Source of the DNA: a virus
Lineage: Duplodnaviria > Caudoviricetes
IMG/VR virus record: IMGVR_UViG_3300037047_000246
Strand: one strand, 5' to 3'
DNA length: 64,000 nucleotides
Shown here: positions 35,818 to 45,460 of the stretch, piece by piece
Layout of the letters: the number at the start of each line of letters is the position of its first letter
How positions within the stretch are numbered: position 1 is the stretch's first letter
Program-made: the position numbers and the translations under genes
Notes under the pieces: generated by a model
Told to the model about the DNA's origin: nothing
The model's database searches: none
The model's input: only the letters and a program-made list of their open reading frames with translations

Positions 35818-36924
35818 ATGGTTAAACCGGCTGATATTGGATGGGGTAGTTACAAACAGTGGGAGGGTCCGTATCACATCGGAAACATTCCGTTCATCAT
35901 GCCGAACGACCCGACAGATGACGAGAAAGTTCTGTCCGTAATCACTGCAACGGAAGGCGGATCGTACTCCGCCATCAACATGTACGACTCGTGCATACTT
36001 AGCGTTGGCCTGATTCAGTGGTGCGAAGCTCACTACCTGGTATCGGGTCTTCTCGGAACAGTGGCGGCCAGCAACCCGGCTCTGCTGGATCCGATGGGCC
36101 CCGCCTTGAAGTCTGTCAGCGCCGCGTTCAAACAGCGGCAAGACGGCAGATGGCGGTTTTTCGACAGCACAGGCGAGGTCAATACCTTGGCCAAGCAGCA
36201 AGCGCTGTTTTTGGGATGCTCTGGCACGAAAGGCGCGTGGACCGCAGAAACCAAAGCGAGAGCCAGGCTGTGGGCGGCCTGCGTGGCTTCGATCTGGGAG
36301 AATGAAGAAGCCTGCAGAATTCAGATGCGATACACAGCAGACAGGCTCAGTATGTTCCACACAAAGGAGTCTAAAGCAATCCTTTGCGGGCCAAATTCGC
36401 CGAAGCACAACGATGGGTGGGTCGGCGCCGTCCGTGCCGCTTATTTGAGCTTTGCTGCCAACTTGCCCGCCGTGGCTTCGGAACACCTTCGCTTGGCCGT
36501 CTCTCAAACCAACGCGGCTGTGTGGACCGAACCGTGGGCGATTGCTGTTTTGCGTCAGCTAACGTTTGGGCCGAAGATTGCCATATATCCGGCCCGATAC
36601 GAAAAAATCCGCCCCAAGCTTGAGTCGCTATACTCTGTGGATTTGCCTGATTTTGCGCCGGATTTGTCTGAATGGCATGCAGAAATAGAGCTGAACACGA
36701 TACCTGGCATGGCGCCAGAGTTCCTAGAGCCCAAAGAAGTGCAGGAAGAGCTCATCGCCCAAGGTTACGACCTGGGTCCAAGAAAAGCCGACGGCGTGTT
36801 TGGTCCAAAGACAAAGCAAGCTGTGCGAGATTTCCAGTTGAAACACGGCTTGTCTGAAAACGGAGTGGTCGGCATCAACACGCGCAAGGCACTGTTGGCG
36901 GAGTACGTGAAGAGGTCATCATGA
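35818..36924 (+). CDS. putative endolysin or muramidase with C-terminal PG_binding_1 domain
   Basis: TEGGSYSAINMYD..LSVGLIQW lysozyme-like segment; VQEELIAQGYDLGP..DGVFGPKTKQAVRDFQ..GL..NGVVG.NT. Confidence 0.8.
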   Translation: MVKPADIGWGSYKQWEGPYHIGNIPFIMPNDPTDDEKVLSVITATEGGSYSAINMYDSCILSVGLIQWCEAHYLVSGLLGTVAASNPALLDPMGPALKSVSAAFKQRQDGRWRFFDSTGEVNTLAKQQALFLGCSGTKGAWTAETKARARLWAACVASIWENEEACRIQMRYTADRLSMFHTKESKAILCGPNSPKHNDGWVGAVRAAYLSFAANLPAVASEHLRLAVSQTNAAVWTEPWAIAVLRQLTFGPKIAIYPARYEKIRPKLESLYSVDLPDFAPDLSEWHAEIELNTIPGMAPEFLEPKEVQEELIAQGYDLGPRKADGVFGPKTKQAVRDFQLKHGLSENGVVGINTRKALLAEYVKRSS

Positions 36925-37115
36925 CAACTCAGTCACTGACGCATCTCAACGACACGGAGCTGCTCGATCTGCTTGATCAGGTGAGCGCCGAGGTCAAGCG
37001 CCGCAACACGCTTGTGCCGTCTGAATCGGAAAGCTTCGTAGACCAAGAGGCGCTGAAGAATGCTACCGCGGCTTTTGCCCGGATGATGAAAGATGTCACA
37101 AGTCAAGGTCGCTGA
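36921..37115 (+). CDS. hypothetical protein
   Basis: ATGA overlap with the lysin. Confidence 0.6.
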   Translation: MTTQSLTHLNDTELLDLLDQVSAEVKRRNTLVPSESESFVDQEALKNATAAFARMMKDVTSQGR

Positions 37116-37707
37116 TATCGCCCACAGAAGCGATTGGCTTGGGCTTGCGTTCTTCTATTTCTTCGTTGATGAGTCTCAGTACTGCTCGCAGTGAGGCTGC
37201 TGTTTCTTGAAAACAGTCCAGCCCGAGGTTGCTTTCCCAGCTGTCCTGGTGTCGCCTCAAGCAAAGATTGGCCGCGTGTATGGCTGTCGTAAGTTCAGGC
37301 GGACCTACCTGAAAATATTTGCAGTCGCTCATTTGCCTATACTCCCAGTCGCACACGTCTGTGCCGTCGTGCGGACAGTGGTAATACGGCGCATTTCTCT
37401 CAAGCGGTGCGCCGTCGCTTCGCACGCCAGGGTCAAACCTGTAACTGCCTTCTAGCTTGATCCAGCTACCCACCCGAAGCGGCGTCGGCGCATCGAACCT
37501 GAAAGCAATTTTCTCTTGTGGACATTCAACTGTCACCGCCCACGGGCCATGTCCGGTCACATAGCACACTCGGCCGACGTGAGGACCTGCTTGAAATGTT
37601 GTTTGCATACCCAAAACATACACTGCGCAGGGTCGGCGTCGTGCCACAAACGGCCCAATCCGCAAAACGACGGCGCTTCTAATCCTCCGTAGTTTGCGAA
37701 TCAGCAA
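37096..37707 (-). CDS. hypothetical protein
   Basis: 203 aa ORF; start uncertain. Confidence 0.5.
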   Translation of the reverse strand: MLIRKLRRIRSAVVLRIGPFVARRRPCAVYVLGMQTTFQAGPHVGRVCYVTGHGPWAVTVECPQEKIAFRFDAPTPLRVGSWIKLEGSYRFDPGVRSDGAPLERNAPYYHCPHDGTDVCDWEYRQMSDCKYFQVGPPELTTAIHAANLCLRRHQDSWESNLGLDCFQETAASLRAVLRLINEEIEERKPKPIASVGDISDLDL

Positions 37708-37952
37708 TGTACATACTATGGCAGCCCGAAATGGGCAAGTGTTCGCACTGTGGCAAAAGATCTCGCATTGTGCGCAGATTCACGGATGCCAGGTCCCACT
37801 CAGTTTTTTGCCATTCCTGTTGGAGTCGAGCTCAAAGAAACAGGATGGAATACGCCGTGAGCAAACATGAATGGAAAGACGACTCGGCCGTCACATTCGA
37901 ATGCGAAGTTAGTGTGAAGCACGGGTTTGCGTTGGACGTAGTGTGGCACTGA
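37707..37952 (+). CDS. small CxxC protein
   Basis: CSHCG..FCHSC. Confidence 0.5.
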   Translation: MYILWQPEMGKCSHCGKRSRIVRRFTDARSHSVFCHSCWSRAQRNRMEYAVSKHEWKDDSAVTFECEVSVKHGFALDVVWH

Positions 37953-37969
37953 ATTTGGCAGTCCGGCAG

Positions 37970-38368
37970 TCAGGACTCCTGGACGTCGTTCACGAACATG
38001 CTGAGCTGAACGTCCTCTGGAATGGCAGCTACCAGGCTGCGCACCAGCTCATTCAAATCGGCGTGTCTCAAGTGGTCAAATTTTTCAGTCAAAAGAGTCC
38101 GGCAAATGTCGCCGGACTCGAGACTGAGTGTCACCCATCCGCCTGGTGGGTGACTCAGCACCATGAGCACGACAAGTGTCGCATTCGGCAAACTGAATTC
38201 CGGCAAACGGAATCTCCACTCAATCTCAAGTTCAGTACTGCTGCTGACGACCAAGGAGCACAGTTCGGACGAATTTTCACCTGGCAGCACCAACTGCCGG
38301 GTGAATGACTCCAGTTTCTCCTTCATTTGCCTCTCGACGTCATGGCGAATCATGGAAGGACCATACAT
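37970..38368 (-). CDS. hypothetical protein (C-terminal FVNDVQES)
   Basis: 132 aa. Confidence 0.65.
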   Translation of the reverse strand: MYGPSMIRHDVERQMKEKLESFTRQLVLPGENSSELCSLVVSSSTELEIEWRFRLPEFSLPNATLVVLMVLSHPPGGWVTLSLESGDICRTLLTEKFDHLRHADLNELVRSLVAAIPEDVQLSMFVNDVQES

Positions 38369-38421
38369 GCGAATTCTTCCGGTGTAAGGTCTGTGCTGAA
38401 CCGAATCAGCACAGAGGTCGA

Positions 38422-39378
38422 ATGGCTCACTTCATGTTTTGCGTGTCTGGCTACTCCGGCACAGGCAAAGACGAATTTTGCAAATGTTTGGTGGACAAAT
38501 ACGGCGCGGTCCACACTGGGCTCGCCGACCCGGCCAAACGCCACATGGCAGACGTGTACGGGTTCACCAAGCATCAGTTGTTCGGCCCTAGCGAAGCTAG
38601 GAACTCTGGCGATCCTAGATACCCCAAGACGCGCTTGATCCATCTAGGGGGTAGGCCGGCCGATGCTGCAGAGTTACTGCCGACAAGCACAAAATCGCCA
38701 CCGTATCCTAGGCTTGGATGGTGGCTATTTGACGTGACGCCGCAGTCAGCTTCTGAGGCCGGCCTGAAGTATGTGGCGCGCGGAGACAATTCTGCAGTTT
38801 TGGCCGGAGACAGGCACCTGCCGACTCAGTATTTGGGGAGAATGCAGACGCGGGTGTTTGTGCAAGACACAGACCCTGGATTCTTTCTGTCGCCCAGGGA
38901 AGCGCTGCAGCTGTACTGCGACCTCATGAACCAACTGGACATGTTCACTTGGGTACGCGCCGGCGTAAGCACGCATCGGAAACTGGCTGAGCTGCACGTC
39001 CAGGCCCGAGGCACCCGCATGCGTAGTCCTAAGTACGCGTACGATCGCATGCTCGGACTATGCATCAACAAGCGCGGAGAGGAGTGGGAAAGGGGGCTGA
39101 CTGAAGACGTGGTCACATGCTTCTCCGATTTCAGACACCGGCACGAAATTCAGTATGTGCGCCAGGCCGAAAAAACGCACGAAGACTTCAAACCGGTCCT
39201 GATTCGAGTCAAGCGTCCAGGGGTGGAGACGCCGCCGTTCAACCATAGGTCAGAGACCGAGCAGGCCACCATTCCAGATTCAGAGTTCGACTACGTGGTG
39301 GACAATAACGACACCATTGAGAGTTTGCACAAAGTGGCTGCCCAGATCGTGGAGCAAGTGAAAGGCGTTTCCAAATGA
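38422..39378 (+). CDS. deoxynucleoside monophosphate kinase (T4 gp1-like) with insertions
   Basis: VSGYSGTGKD P-loop; LADPAK; LFGPSEAR; SPREALQ; SDFRHRHE; IRVKRPG..HRSE; DYVVDN. Confidence 0.85.
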   Translation: MAHFMFCVSGYSGTGKDEFCKCLVDKYGAVHTGLADPAKRHMADVYGFTKHQLFGPSEARNSGDPRYPKTRLIHLGGRPADAAELLPTSTKSPPYPRLGWWLFDVTPQSASEAGLKYVARGDNSAVLAGDRHLPTQYLGRMQTRVFVQDTDPGFFLSPREALQLYCDLMNQLDMFTWVRAGVSTHRKLAELHVQARGTRMRSPKYAYDRMLGLCINKRGEEWERGLTEDVVTCFSDFRHRHEIQYVRQAEKTHEDFKPVLIRVKRPGVETPPFNHRSETEQATIPDSEFDYVVDNNDTIESLHKVAAQIVEQVKGVSK

Positions 39379-40328
39379 AAGTGGACCAAATTCTGCAAGC
39401 GTCAGAAATCGTGTCACACGCTGGTTGCCCTGACGGCATCGGAGCAGCCATGATTTGCGCTGCTGCGTTCGTGGGTGCCGGAATGAAACCACCTCCTACG
39501 AACTTCATCCAGTACGACACAAGAGGCCACGAAGGTATGGCTGTCCACCCAAGGCAGATATTTGCAGACATTACTCCCCCCAAAAGCCGGTGGGAAGAGT
39601 GGAAAGGCCTGTCGCCTATTGTGTTGGATCACCACGAAACGGTGCAGCACATTGTGCAGGCGCTCGGCGGTCAGTACGGCGGCCCGGACGAGTCTGGGTC
39701 CACTCTTGCCTTCGATAAAATAATGATGCCGTTGGCTGGCGACAGAATCGGGAAGGCTGCACTGGAGTCGTGGCGCACATTTGCTCACTTATGCATGACG
39801 AGGGACACTTGGAAAACCGCTTCGCCCGACTGGCCGGAGGCGTGCGCTCTGGCCCAAGCTCTTCTTCTGTACGGACACAGCTGGGCCGTGTCAGTGTCTT
39901 CGTTCGGAAGTCTTCCCATGGAAGAGTTGCTTGCAGTCGGCAGGAAAATGCACGACAAGATTATTCGGCAGTCTAAAGGAGTGACCAGATCGTCAGCCAA
40001 ATACGACGTCATACTGCCGTCAGGCACCATCAAATTGGCGTTTTTCAATCATGCCAACGGCGGGTCCATGAGCGACATCGCCCACTACATGATGGACGAG
40101 ATGCCGTGCGACGCTGTGGTTGGGTACTTCTATAAGCACGACAATGGGCAAACGCAGTGCGTAATGTCTGCAAGGACAAACGGCAGTTTCTCTGCTTCGG
40201 ATCTTGCCAGGTCTTTCGGCGGCGGCGGACATGCGAAGGCAGCTGGTTTTAGGCTCGATGGGAGCGTGTCGCCAGACGATGCCATTTCAGCGGTGCTGAA
40301 ACGCATCGTGGAGCTCAATCGGGCATAG
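39375..40328 (+). CDS. DHH/DHHA1 family phosphoesterase
   Basis: SHAGCPDG; ADI; LDHHET; ESGS; GGGGHAKAAGF. Confidence 0.9.
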   Translation: MKVDQILQASEIVSHAGCPDGIGAAMICAAAFVGAGMKPPPTNFIQYDTRGHEGMAVHPRQIFADITPPKSRWEEWKGLSPIVLDHHETVQHIVQALGGQYGGPDESGSTLAFDKIMMPLAGDRIGKAALESWRTFAHLCMTRDTWKTASPDWPEACALAQALLLYGHSWAVSVSSFGSLPMEELLAVGRKMHDKIIRQSKGVTRSSAKYDVILPSGTIKLAFFNHANGGSMSDIAHYMMDEMPCDAVVGYFYKHDNGQTQCVMSARTNGSFSASDLARSFGGGGHAKAAGFRLDGSVSPDDAISAVLKRIVELNRA

Positions 40329-40333
40329 ACTCC

Positions 40334-41101
40334 TTGTCTGCTTGCGGTTTCATGCGTTGCAGACTTGCACTAACTACTGTAGACGACATCCTGAAACTCA
40401 TTGGGCGACGGGATGAATACGACACGCGCGTGCTGGAAGACGGAACGCTGGAAGTAGATGCGTACCCGTACCTCATTAGCATGAAGCAAAACACCCCAAT
40501 ATTTCACTGGACGGTGGAGGCTGTACAAGACTCATCCGACCGTGACGAGGGGTACTCGAGCAGCCCGACAGAAGACATCATAGAGTTCGTCAAGGGAGAG
40601 GTGCCAGGCGGACAGTTCATGGACAGGTTTGTGACCTCTGCGCTTCTTCGCATCGCGAAAGCCGTGATGTCCGCAGAGTGCAATCCTGACGATGCAGCGC
40701 TAGCGCTTCGGCGCTTGGCCGCTCGAATTTTGCATCTCGGAACCGCGGAGTCTGTGCTGCTTACGCTGCACAAGATGGAGCTTGGTCAGTTGGCCGGAAA
40801 GATGACCAAAAACGGCTGGCGGATTCAGGAGTTCAAAGACGACAGCGGTTTGCCGGCGCTAGAGTACGAGATTGGCGAAATGTACTTCGGCAAGATAATG
40901 CTGCACGATGTCATGTACGACTACAAATTTGTCGTGCACGGCTCCCCGAACGTCACAGCGTCAGGCACGACGAACGACCTGGAAGCTGAATTCAAGAAAT
41001 GGTCGAAAAGCGACGCCGTGGATGAGGCAAGAGAGAACGCCCCGGACTCGCCGGACGCGGACACTCTGCCGCCCGACGGTGGTCAGACTAAGCGTCCGTA
41101 A
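40334..41101 (+). CDS. hypothetical protein
   Basis: 255 aa; ALLRIAKAV / ALRRLAARI motifs. Confidence 0.7.
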   Translation: MSACGFMRCRLALTTVDDILKLIGRRDEYDTRVLEDGTLEVDAYPYLISMKQNTPIFHWTVEAVQDSSDRDEGYSSSPTEDIIEFVKGEVPGGQFMDRFVTSALLRIAKAVMSAECNPDDAALALRRLAARILHLGTAESVLLTLHKMELGQLAGKMTKNGWRIQEFKDDSGLPALEYEIGEMYFGKIMLHDVMYDYKFVVHGSPNVTASGTTNDLEAEFKKWSKSDAVDEARENAPDSPDADTLPPDGGQTKRP

Positions 41102-41130
41102 ATCTCTACGCAGCAAACGTACTCTTGCCT

Positions 41131-41505
41131 ATGGCGTACGAGCTGGAACCGTATCCCTCGAAGATTCAAGACGGCATGCTGCACATGTCTCTGGGGACAG
41201 ATAGCAAAGACGTGTCCGCAAGGCTCCGTCGACTGATCATCCGTCGCGTGGCGGACGACAACCCGGGATCCATGGCTGGGATCTTCAGGGCAGCCCGTAT
41301 GTGCTTTGAGCTTGAAAGAGACATGGCCGTTAGCGGAGCGACACTGGAAGACGTCGCGCTTCTGTACGAAATGGTGCTGGACGAGGTCACGGAAAGACTA
41401 TTTAAAACTCTCAACACATACAAGTCCAGGGTGACCGCGAGCAGCGTTGATCCTGCCACGGCCCACGCTGCCGCCATGAGTGTTATGTCCGTAATGACGT
41501 CGTGA
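41131..41505 (+). CDS. hypothetical protein
   Basis: ATG at 41131 within ORF 41125..41505. Confidence 0.65.
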   Translation: MAYELEPYPSKIQDGMLHMSLGTDSKDVSARLRRLIIRRVADDNPGSMAGIFRAARMCFELERDMAVSGATLEDVALLYEMVLDEVTERLFKTLNTYKSRVTASSVDPATAHAAAMSVMSVMTS

Positions 41506-41509
41506 CGGC

Positions 41510-42439
41510 TCACCGCAAGAACTTTTCCAGAAGTATCTGGATTATCGTCACCACGGCAGCAATAACCGACATCGGGATTACGATCCTGCGGCTGAGTCCT
41601 TTGGAGGACTCTTTAGCCTGCTTTGCTAGACCGTCGGACGAGGTCTTGGCTTGCATTTGAATAGACTGAACTGCAAGTTCGGCAGTAATTTTCATGTGCT
41701 GCTCGAACGCGTCTATGCGCTTGTCGTGAACCACGTCGGTGCCTATGAGCTTCAGGATTTCTGCCCCATACTTGGCCTCTAGATCCTGAAAAGTACGCTG
41801 CAGCCCGTCGATCATTTTTATTGATGTTTTGGAAGAGGCAGCAGACTCCTTGGTGGCGGCGAGCGCCTCAGTCAGTTTAGACTCCAGCGAAGTCAAACTT
41901 TCGTGAAGGCGTTTGTCCTCGGAGTTAAGGTTGTCTATCTGGTTTGACGTCCAAGCTTTGAGCTCGGCTATCTGGTTGCTGAGCCCGGTCTGTCCGTTTG
42001 CCGCGCGCATGAACGCGCGCATGAACGCATACGACATCCCGTTTACGCCAGTGGTTTGCACGTGGTCGCCGTGGATCCAAACAAGCGGGAACTCTATGGT
42101 GGTCTTTATGACAGCCCACCACGTGACTTTTCCGCCGGAAGTCAGCATGGGCCATACTGACGTAGTTTCTTCTTGGGCGTTGTGTTTCCGGTCAGCAGTG
42201 TTGGCTATCGCTGTCTGCACTTCGCTATGAAACGGAGACGGGGTCAGGTCGAGAAGAGTCATATGCTTGACTTGGTCAAGCGTATAACCGGACTTGTCTA
42301 TTGCGAACTCATTTGCCCAAACAACTCTGTTCTCGATCAAATCGATTTCGAACACGCCTATGTCGTCTAGCGATCTGCCTTCTTCTCTCGCCTTCATTAC
42401 GAGACTTTGCGATGGTGGTGCTTTAGGCTTTGTAACCAT
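41510..42439 (-). CDS. PAS-domain protein with coiled coil and C-terminal TM anchor
   Basis: IGVFEIDL..RVVWANE..SGYTLDQVKHM..DLTP..GGKVTWW (PAS-like); heptads; IVIPMSVIAAVVTIIQILL. Confidence 0.75.
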   Translation of the reverse strand: MVTKPKAPPSQSLVMKAREEGRSLDDIGVFEIDLIENRVVWANEFAIDKSGYTLDQVKHMTLLDLTPSPFHSEVQTAIANTADRKHNAQEETTSVWPMLTSGGKVTWWAVIKTTIEFPLVWIHGDHVQTTGVNGMSYAFMRAFMRAANGQTGLSNQIAELKAWTSNQIDNLNSEDKRLHESLTSLESKLTEALAATKESAASSKTSIKMIDGLQRTFQDLEAKYGAEILKLIGTDVVHDKRIDAFEQHMKITAELAVQSIQMQAKTSSDGLAKQAKESSKGLSRRIVIPMSVIAAVVTIIQILLEKFLR

Positions 42440-42811
42440 GATTCCCCTGAACGGGGAATAAAACTCCGAGCGGTATTGTGGTGCATGCAGATGCGATGCG
42501 ACAAATGTGCTGTGGCACTATCGTGCCCACGCAGGGGATCTGTTCCTGTCGTGGTGGGCAAAAAGCAATACTGGTGCAACATAATCGGAGGATATGGCAG
42601 GAAGCCAGTGGACGCGGACGTTCTGTCGACGGAGTCTGCTGCAGTTGTGTCGAAGAATGGTCCGTGTTTGACTATCGCCGAAGTGCCGGAAGTGGACTCT
42701 GGGATGGTTCACTATGCAATAGTGAAAATTTTCAGTCAACCGGTGCTTGCGGACAGGGAGAAAAACGTGGTCACAACGTCTTCAGATGTGGCAGTGAGAT
42801 CCCACAAGTAA
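42407..42811 (+). CDS. hypothetical protein with CxxC
   Basis: MRCDKCAVALSC; real start probably near 42486. Confidence 0.5.
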   Translation: MRWWCFRLCNHDSPERGIKLRAVLWCMQMRCDKCAVALSCPRRGSVPVVVGKKQYWCNIIGGYGRKPVDADVLSTESAAVVSKNGPCLTIAEVPEVDSGMVHYAIVKIFSQPVLADREKNVVTTSSDVAVRSHK

Positions 42812-42818
42812 GATGCTG

Positions 42819-44213
42819 TCACTTGTGCTCGCCCACGGATGATGGGACGCACACTCGACACCACTGCATCAAGCTAGGCAGACTTTCAGCAGCTAGCTGG
42901 TACATCTTGTGCGCCACGCGACGGTAGGACATGTGCCCTTTCGGTGTTGTGCGCAGCTCTACGATATAGTACAGCTCCTTGAGCGACATCTGAAAACTGG
43001 ACCGGTGCAAGTAGCCTAGCGGCACTACGTACTGCGACAAATCCGTGTCGTAAGCGGCCTCTTCGTCGTAAGTCGACGCATAGTCCATGGCAGCCACGTA
43101 CTCCGGCTCCAACTCCGAGCCAGCAATGTCGTCTGGAATGATGTAGCCGTACTGCGTTGTCAGCGGCTCGGGGAACTGCTCGCACCGCCTGTGCCTCTGC
43201 AAATCGCGAAATGCTCCGAAATCCATCAGGACATCGAAAGTCAACACGATCGTTTTGAATACGTCCGGTACTTCGGCGTGTTCAGGCCTGGCCGACATGT
43301 GTTTGCAGAACATGTCCGGATTCATGCCGTATCGCTGCTCCACCAAATCGAAAAACTCTGGTTCTGCGTTTGCTGGCACTTTGGTGACCAAGTCCACATA
43401 CCAGTCGGGCCGCTCCATCGAAAACTTGTCCGACGTAGGCCCTAGCGATAGCACCCTCGGCTCGAACGTGTTGGGAGACGCGTGGCGCATCAATACCGGG
43501 CAGACGTCTGACACAGCGGACAAAATGCTTTTGCCGATCTGCACGACTTCAGGATTGGAATGACCCATCATGGTGGATACCAGGTCCCTGGCGTCTCTGA
43601 AATTCAAGACGCAAGCGACGTTTGTGCCTGTGCCGGCCGGCAGAAGATACCGAAGGTTGTCGAAAGCCCTGGCGCGAACGACTCTGTCCACCTGCGAGGG
43701 GTCCTCAGGGTCTCTGCCCATCAAGACCGCGCATCTCCTGACCATCGCATCGTGCAACTTGTCGTATGTGGCATACATGCGGCTGGCGAATGGCTTCATA
43801 GTCTCAGGGCCGCCTGGGGGCGTCACGAAACTGTCTTTGGAAAATCTCTGGTACCTGGTGCTTTTTTCTGAATAAGCGCCTCTCTGCATCGTTTCCACCA
43901 CTTTGGATGCCACTATGGACAGCCCCTCGATGCAAATAGGCACTGTCGCCAGTTCAGCGACGGAGCTATGCCCATAGCCGATTACCCACTTGTCGTGGAA
44001 TTTGCCAGACTCTTCTAGCGTGATGTTGCTCAAGATTTCTTTGGCAGACATCGGGGAACGGGAGTACTTGGCCAGCACAGTGGCCTGCACTGCTGGATCG
44101 AGCAGTTTTCCATCAGATCCCATCAAACAGAATACGTTAGGCACAGTTTCCTCCACACGAACACTGGCGTCTTGGCTCCGATTCCGACCTCCCCATCCTA
44201 CAGTCGAAAGCAT
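42819..44213 (-). CDS. thyX: FAD-dependent thymidylate synthase, tandem-domain type
   Basis: AKYSRS; GYGHSSVAE; SEKSTRY; RYLLP; FRDLQRHR; YIVELRT..GHMSYR; start uncertain. Confidence 0.9.
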   Translation of the reverse strand: MLSTVGWGGRNRSQDASVRVEETVPNVFCLMGSDGKLLDPAVQATVLAKYSRSPMSAKEILSNITLEESGKFHDKWVIGYGHSSVAELATVPICIEGLSIVASKVVETMQRGAYSEKSTRYQRFSKDSFVTPPGGPETMKPFASRMYATYDKLHDAMVRRCAVLMGRDPEDPSQVDRVVRARAFDNLRYLLPAGTGTNVACVLNFRDARDLVSTMMGHSNPEVVQIGKSILSAVSDVCPVLMRHASPNTFEPRVLSLGPTSDKFSMERPDWYVDLVTKVPANAEPEFFDLVEQRYGMNPDMFCKHMSARPEHAEVPDVFKTIVLTFDVLMDFGAFRDLQRHRRCEQFPEPLTTQYGYIIPDDIAGSELEPEYVAAMDYASTYDEEAAYDTDLSQYVVPLGYLHRSSFQMSLKELYYIVELRTTPKGHMSYRRVAHKMYQLAAESLPSLMQWCRVCVPSSVGEHK

Positions 44214-44298
44214 TCCAAGCTAAGACTGCTGGAAATGCTCGAGCCAGGCGACAGCGAGTGGTGCCGGCAGAACCTGTGCGGACAAGTATTGTTTACGC

Positions 44299-44868
44299 AT
44301 GATTGCCGACATTCAAGCCGAGGTCACCCAACTGGGCGTTTTCCACGTCAAGTCTTTGCACACTTTTGCCGGCGTCCCGCCTGAGTTCAAGCCTTGGGAA
44401 AGTGGTTTGTCGCCGTCCGCGCTATACAACTGTTCACTGGCTTGTCGCAAGCAAGTCGGGCTAAAAACTCCTGAAGTCAAATGGATGTCGATCAAGCGGT
44501 GGGTCACCACTACGCCTGGCGGCGTAGATCTGCCACCGGGCGTGTACTTCTCAATCAAGAGGAAAGAAACATTCTGCGCTATTCCAAAGCCTCATTTTGA
44601 GAAGAAAGAGTTTGTGCTCATGATGTTCCCGTACGGCAACGTGTGGAGTCAGCGAGAGCAAGATGTGCCGATAGACGAGCAGTGGCTACTGTCTGAATGT
44701 GGCGGCAAGACAGTGCTTGAGCTGCTGATGCGCAAGGATGCAGCATTTCCTGTCCTGGGTTACTTCAAGTCTTGTCTGGACTATATGCGCAGCAATAGCG
44801 ACCAGCTATGGATACACATGAAGCGCAGACGCAGGGAGATCAATCCTGCCGAAGCTGCAACCATCTGA
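44299..44868 (+). CDS. hypothetical protein
   Basis: 189 aa. Confidence 0.65.
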   Translation: MIADIQAEVTQLGVFHVKSLHTFAGVPPEFKPWESGLSPSALYNCSLACRKQVGLKTPEVKWMSIKRWVTTTPGGVDLPPGVYFSIKRKETFCAIPKPHFEKKEFVLMMFPYGNVWSQREQDVPIDEQWLLSECGGKTVLELLMRKDAAFPVLGYFKSCLDYMRSNSDQLWIHMKRRRREINPAEAATI

Positions 44869-45127
44869 GCGCGGCAAGCAGTCTGGCCTCTTGTTCTGTT
44901 TTCAAGTCCTGCTGTTGATTTCCAGTCAACGGAGCCAGAGACACTTCTACTTCAGTGGCGTTTTCGCCAACAGAGGCGCGCACGCGCCGCACAAGGGATA
45001 GTTTGTGTGGTCCGGCATACACTTGAATACTGTCGGGCCACGGCTCCGGCCCCATGACCACCGTCAAAGTGCCGTCAGCGAATACCCTCGGCGGGTTCAC
45101 GAAGACCTTGGAGCTGGCATGGCGCAC
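44840..45127 (-). CDS. hypothetical protein
   Basis: 95 aa. Confidence 0.55.
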   Translation of the reverse strand: MRHASSKVFVNPPRVFADGTLTVVMGPEPWPDSIQVYAGPHKLSLVRRVRASVGENATEVEVSLAPLTGNQQQDLKTEQEARLLAALRWLQLRQD

Positions 45128-45387
45128 CGGACCCCTGGAACTTTGCGAAGAAGCTCGAAATGCCTCTTCGCTGTCGCGACGATACCCTCGTCCAGCAAAC
45201 CAAGGTCTGCGCCCCGAAGCATGTCTATCTGAACTGCCGGCGTCGCATCGTCAGAGTCGTAGTCTACGCGCAACCGGCTCACCAGTCCGATCGGTTCGCC
45301 GTCGACGTGCAGCTTGGCGGATGTGGACAAAACACCTTCATCGTTGACTTCGACGAGCATTGAAATCTCGAATTTCACAGGGGACAT
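45097..45387 (-). CDS. hypothetical protein
   Basis: 96 aa. Confidence 0.6.
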   Translation of the reverse strand: MSPVKFEISMLVEVNDEGVLSTSAKLHVDGEPIGLVSRLRVDYDSDDATPAVQIDMLRGADLGLLDEGIVATAKRHFELLRKVPGVRCAMPAPRSS

Positions 45388-45425
45388 GGCTTTACTCTAC
45401 GTTTGGGCAAACGATGCCTAGACTA

Positions 45426-45454
45426 TTGACTTTTCTAATCCTCAATGTTACGGT
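45426..45454 (+). promoter_or_regulatory. sigma70-type promoter
   Basis: TTGACT-N17-TACGGT with extended TG, just upstream of ATG 45461. Confidence 0.55.
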
Positions 45455-45460
45455 GGTTAT

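Noticed and set aside
35104-36507. 467-aa ORF as a single protein
   Set aside because: The upstream ~250 codons are antisense to the lysin; only the DUF3307 part from ~35751 looks real.
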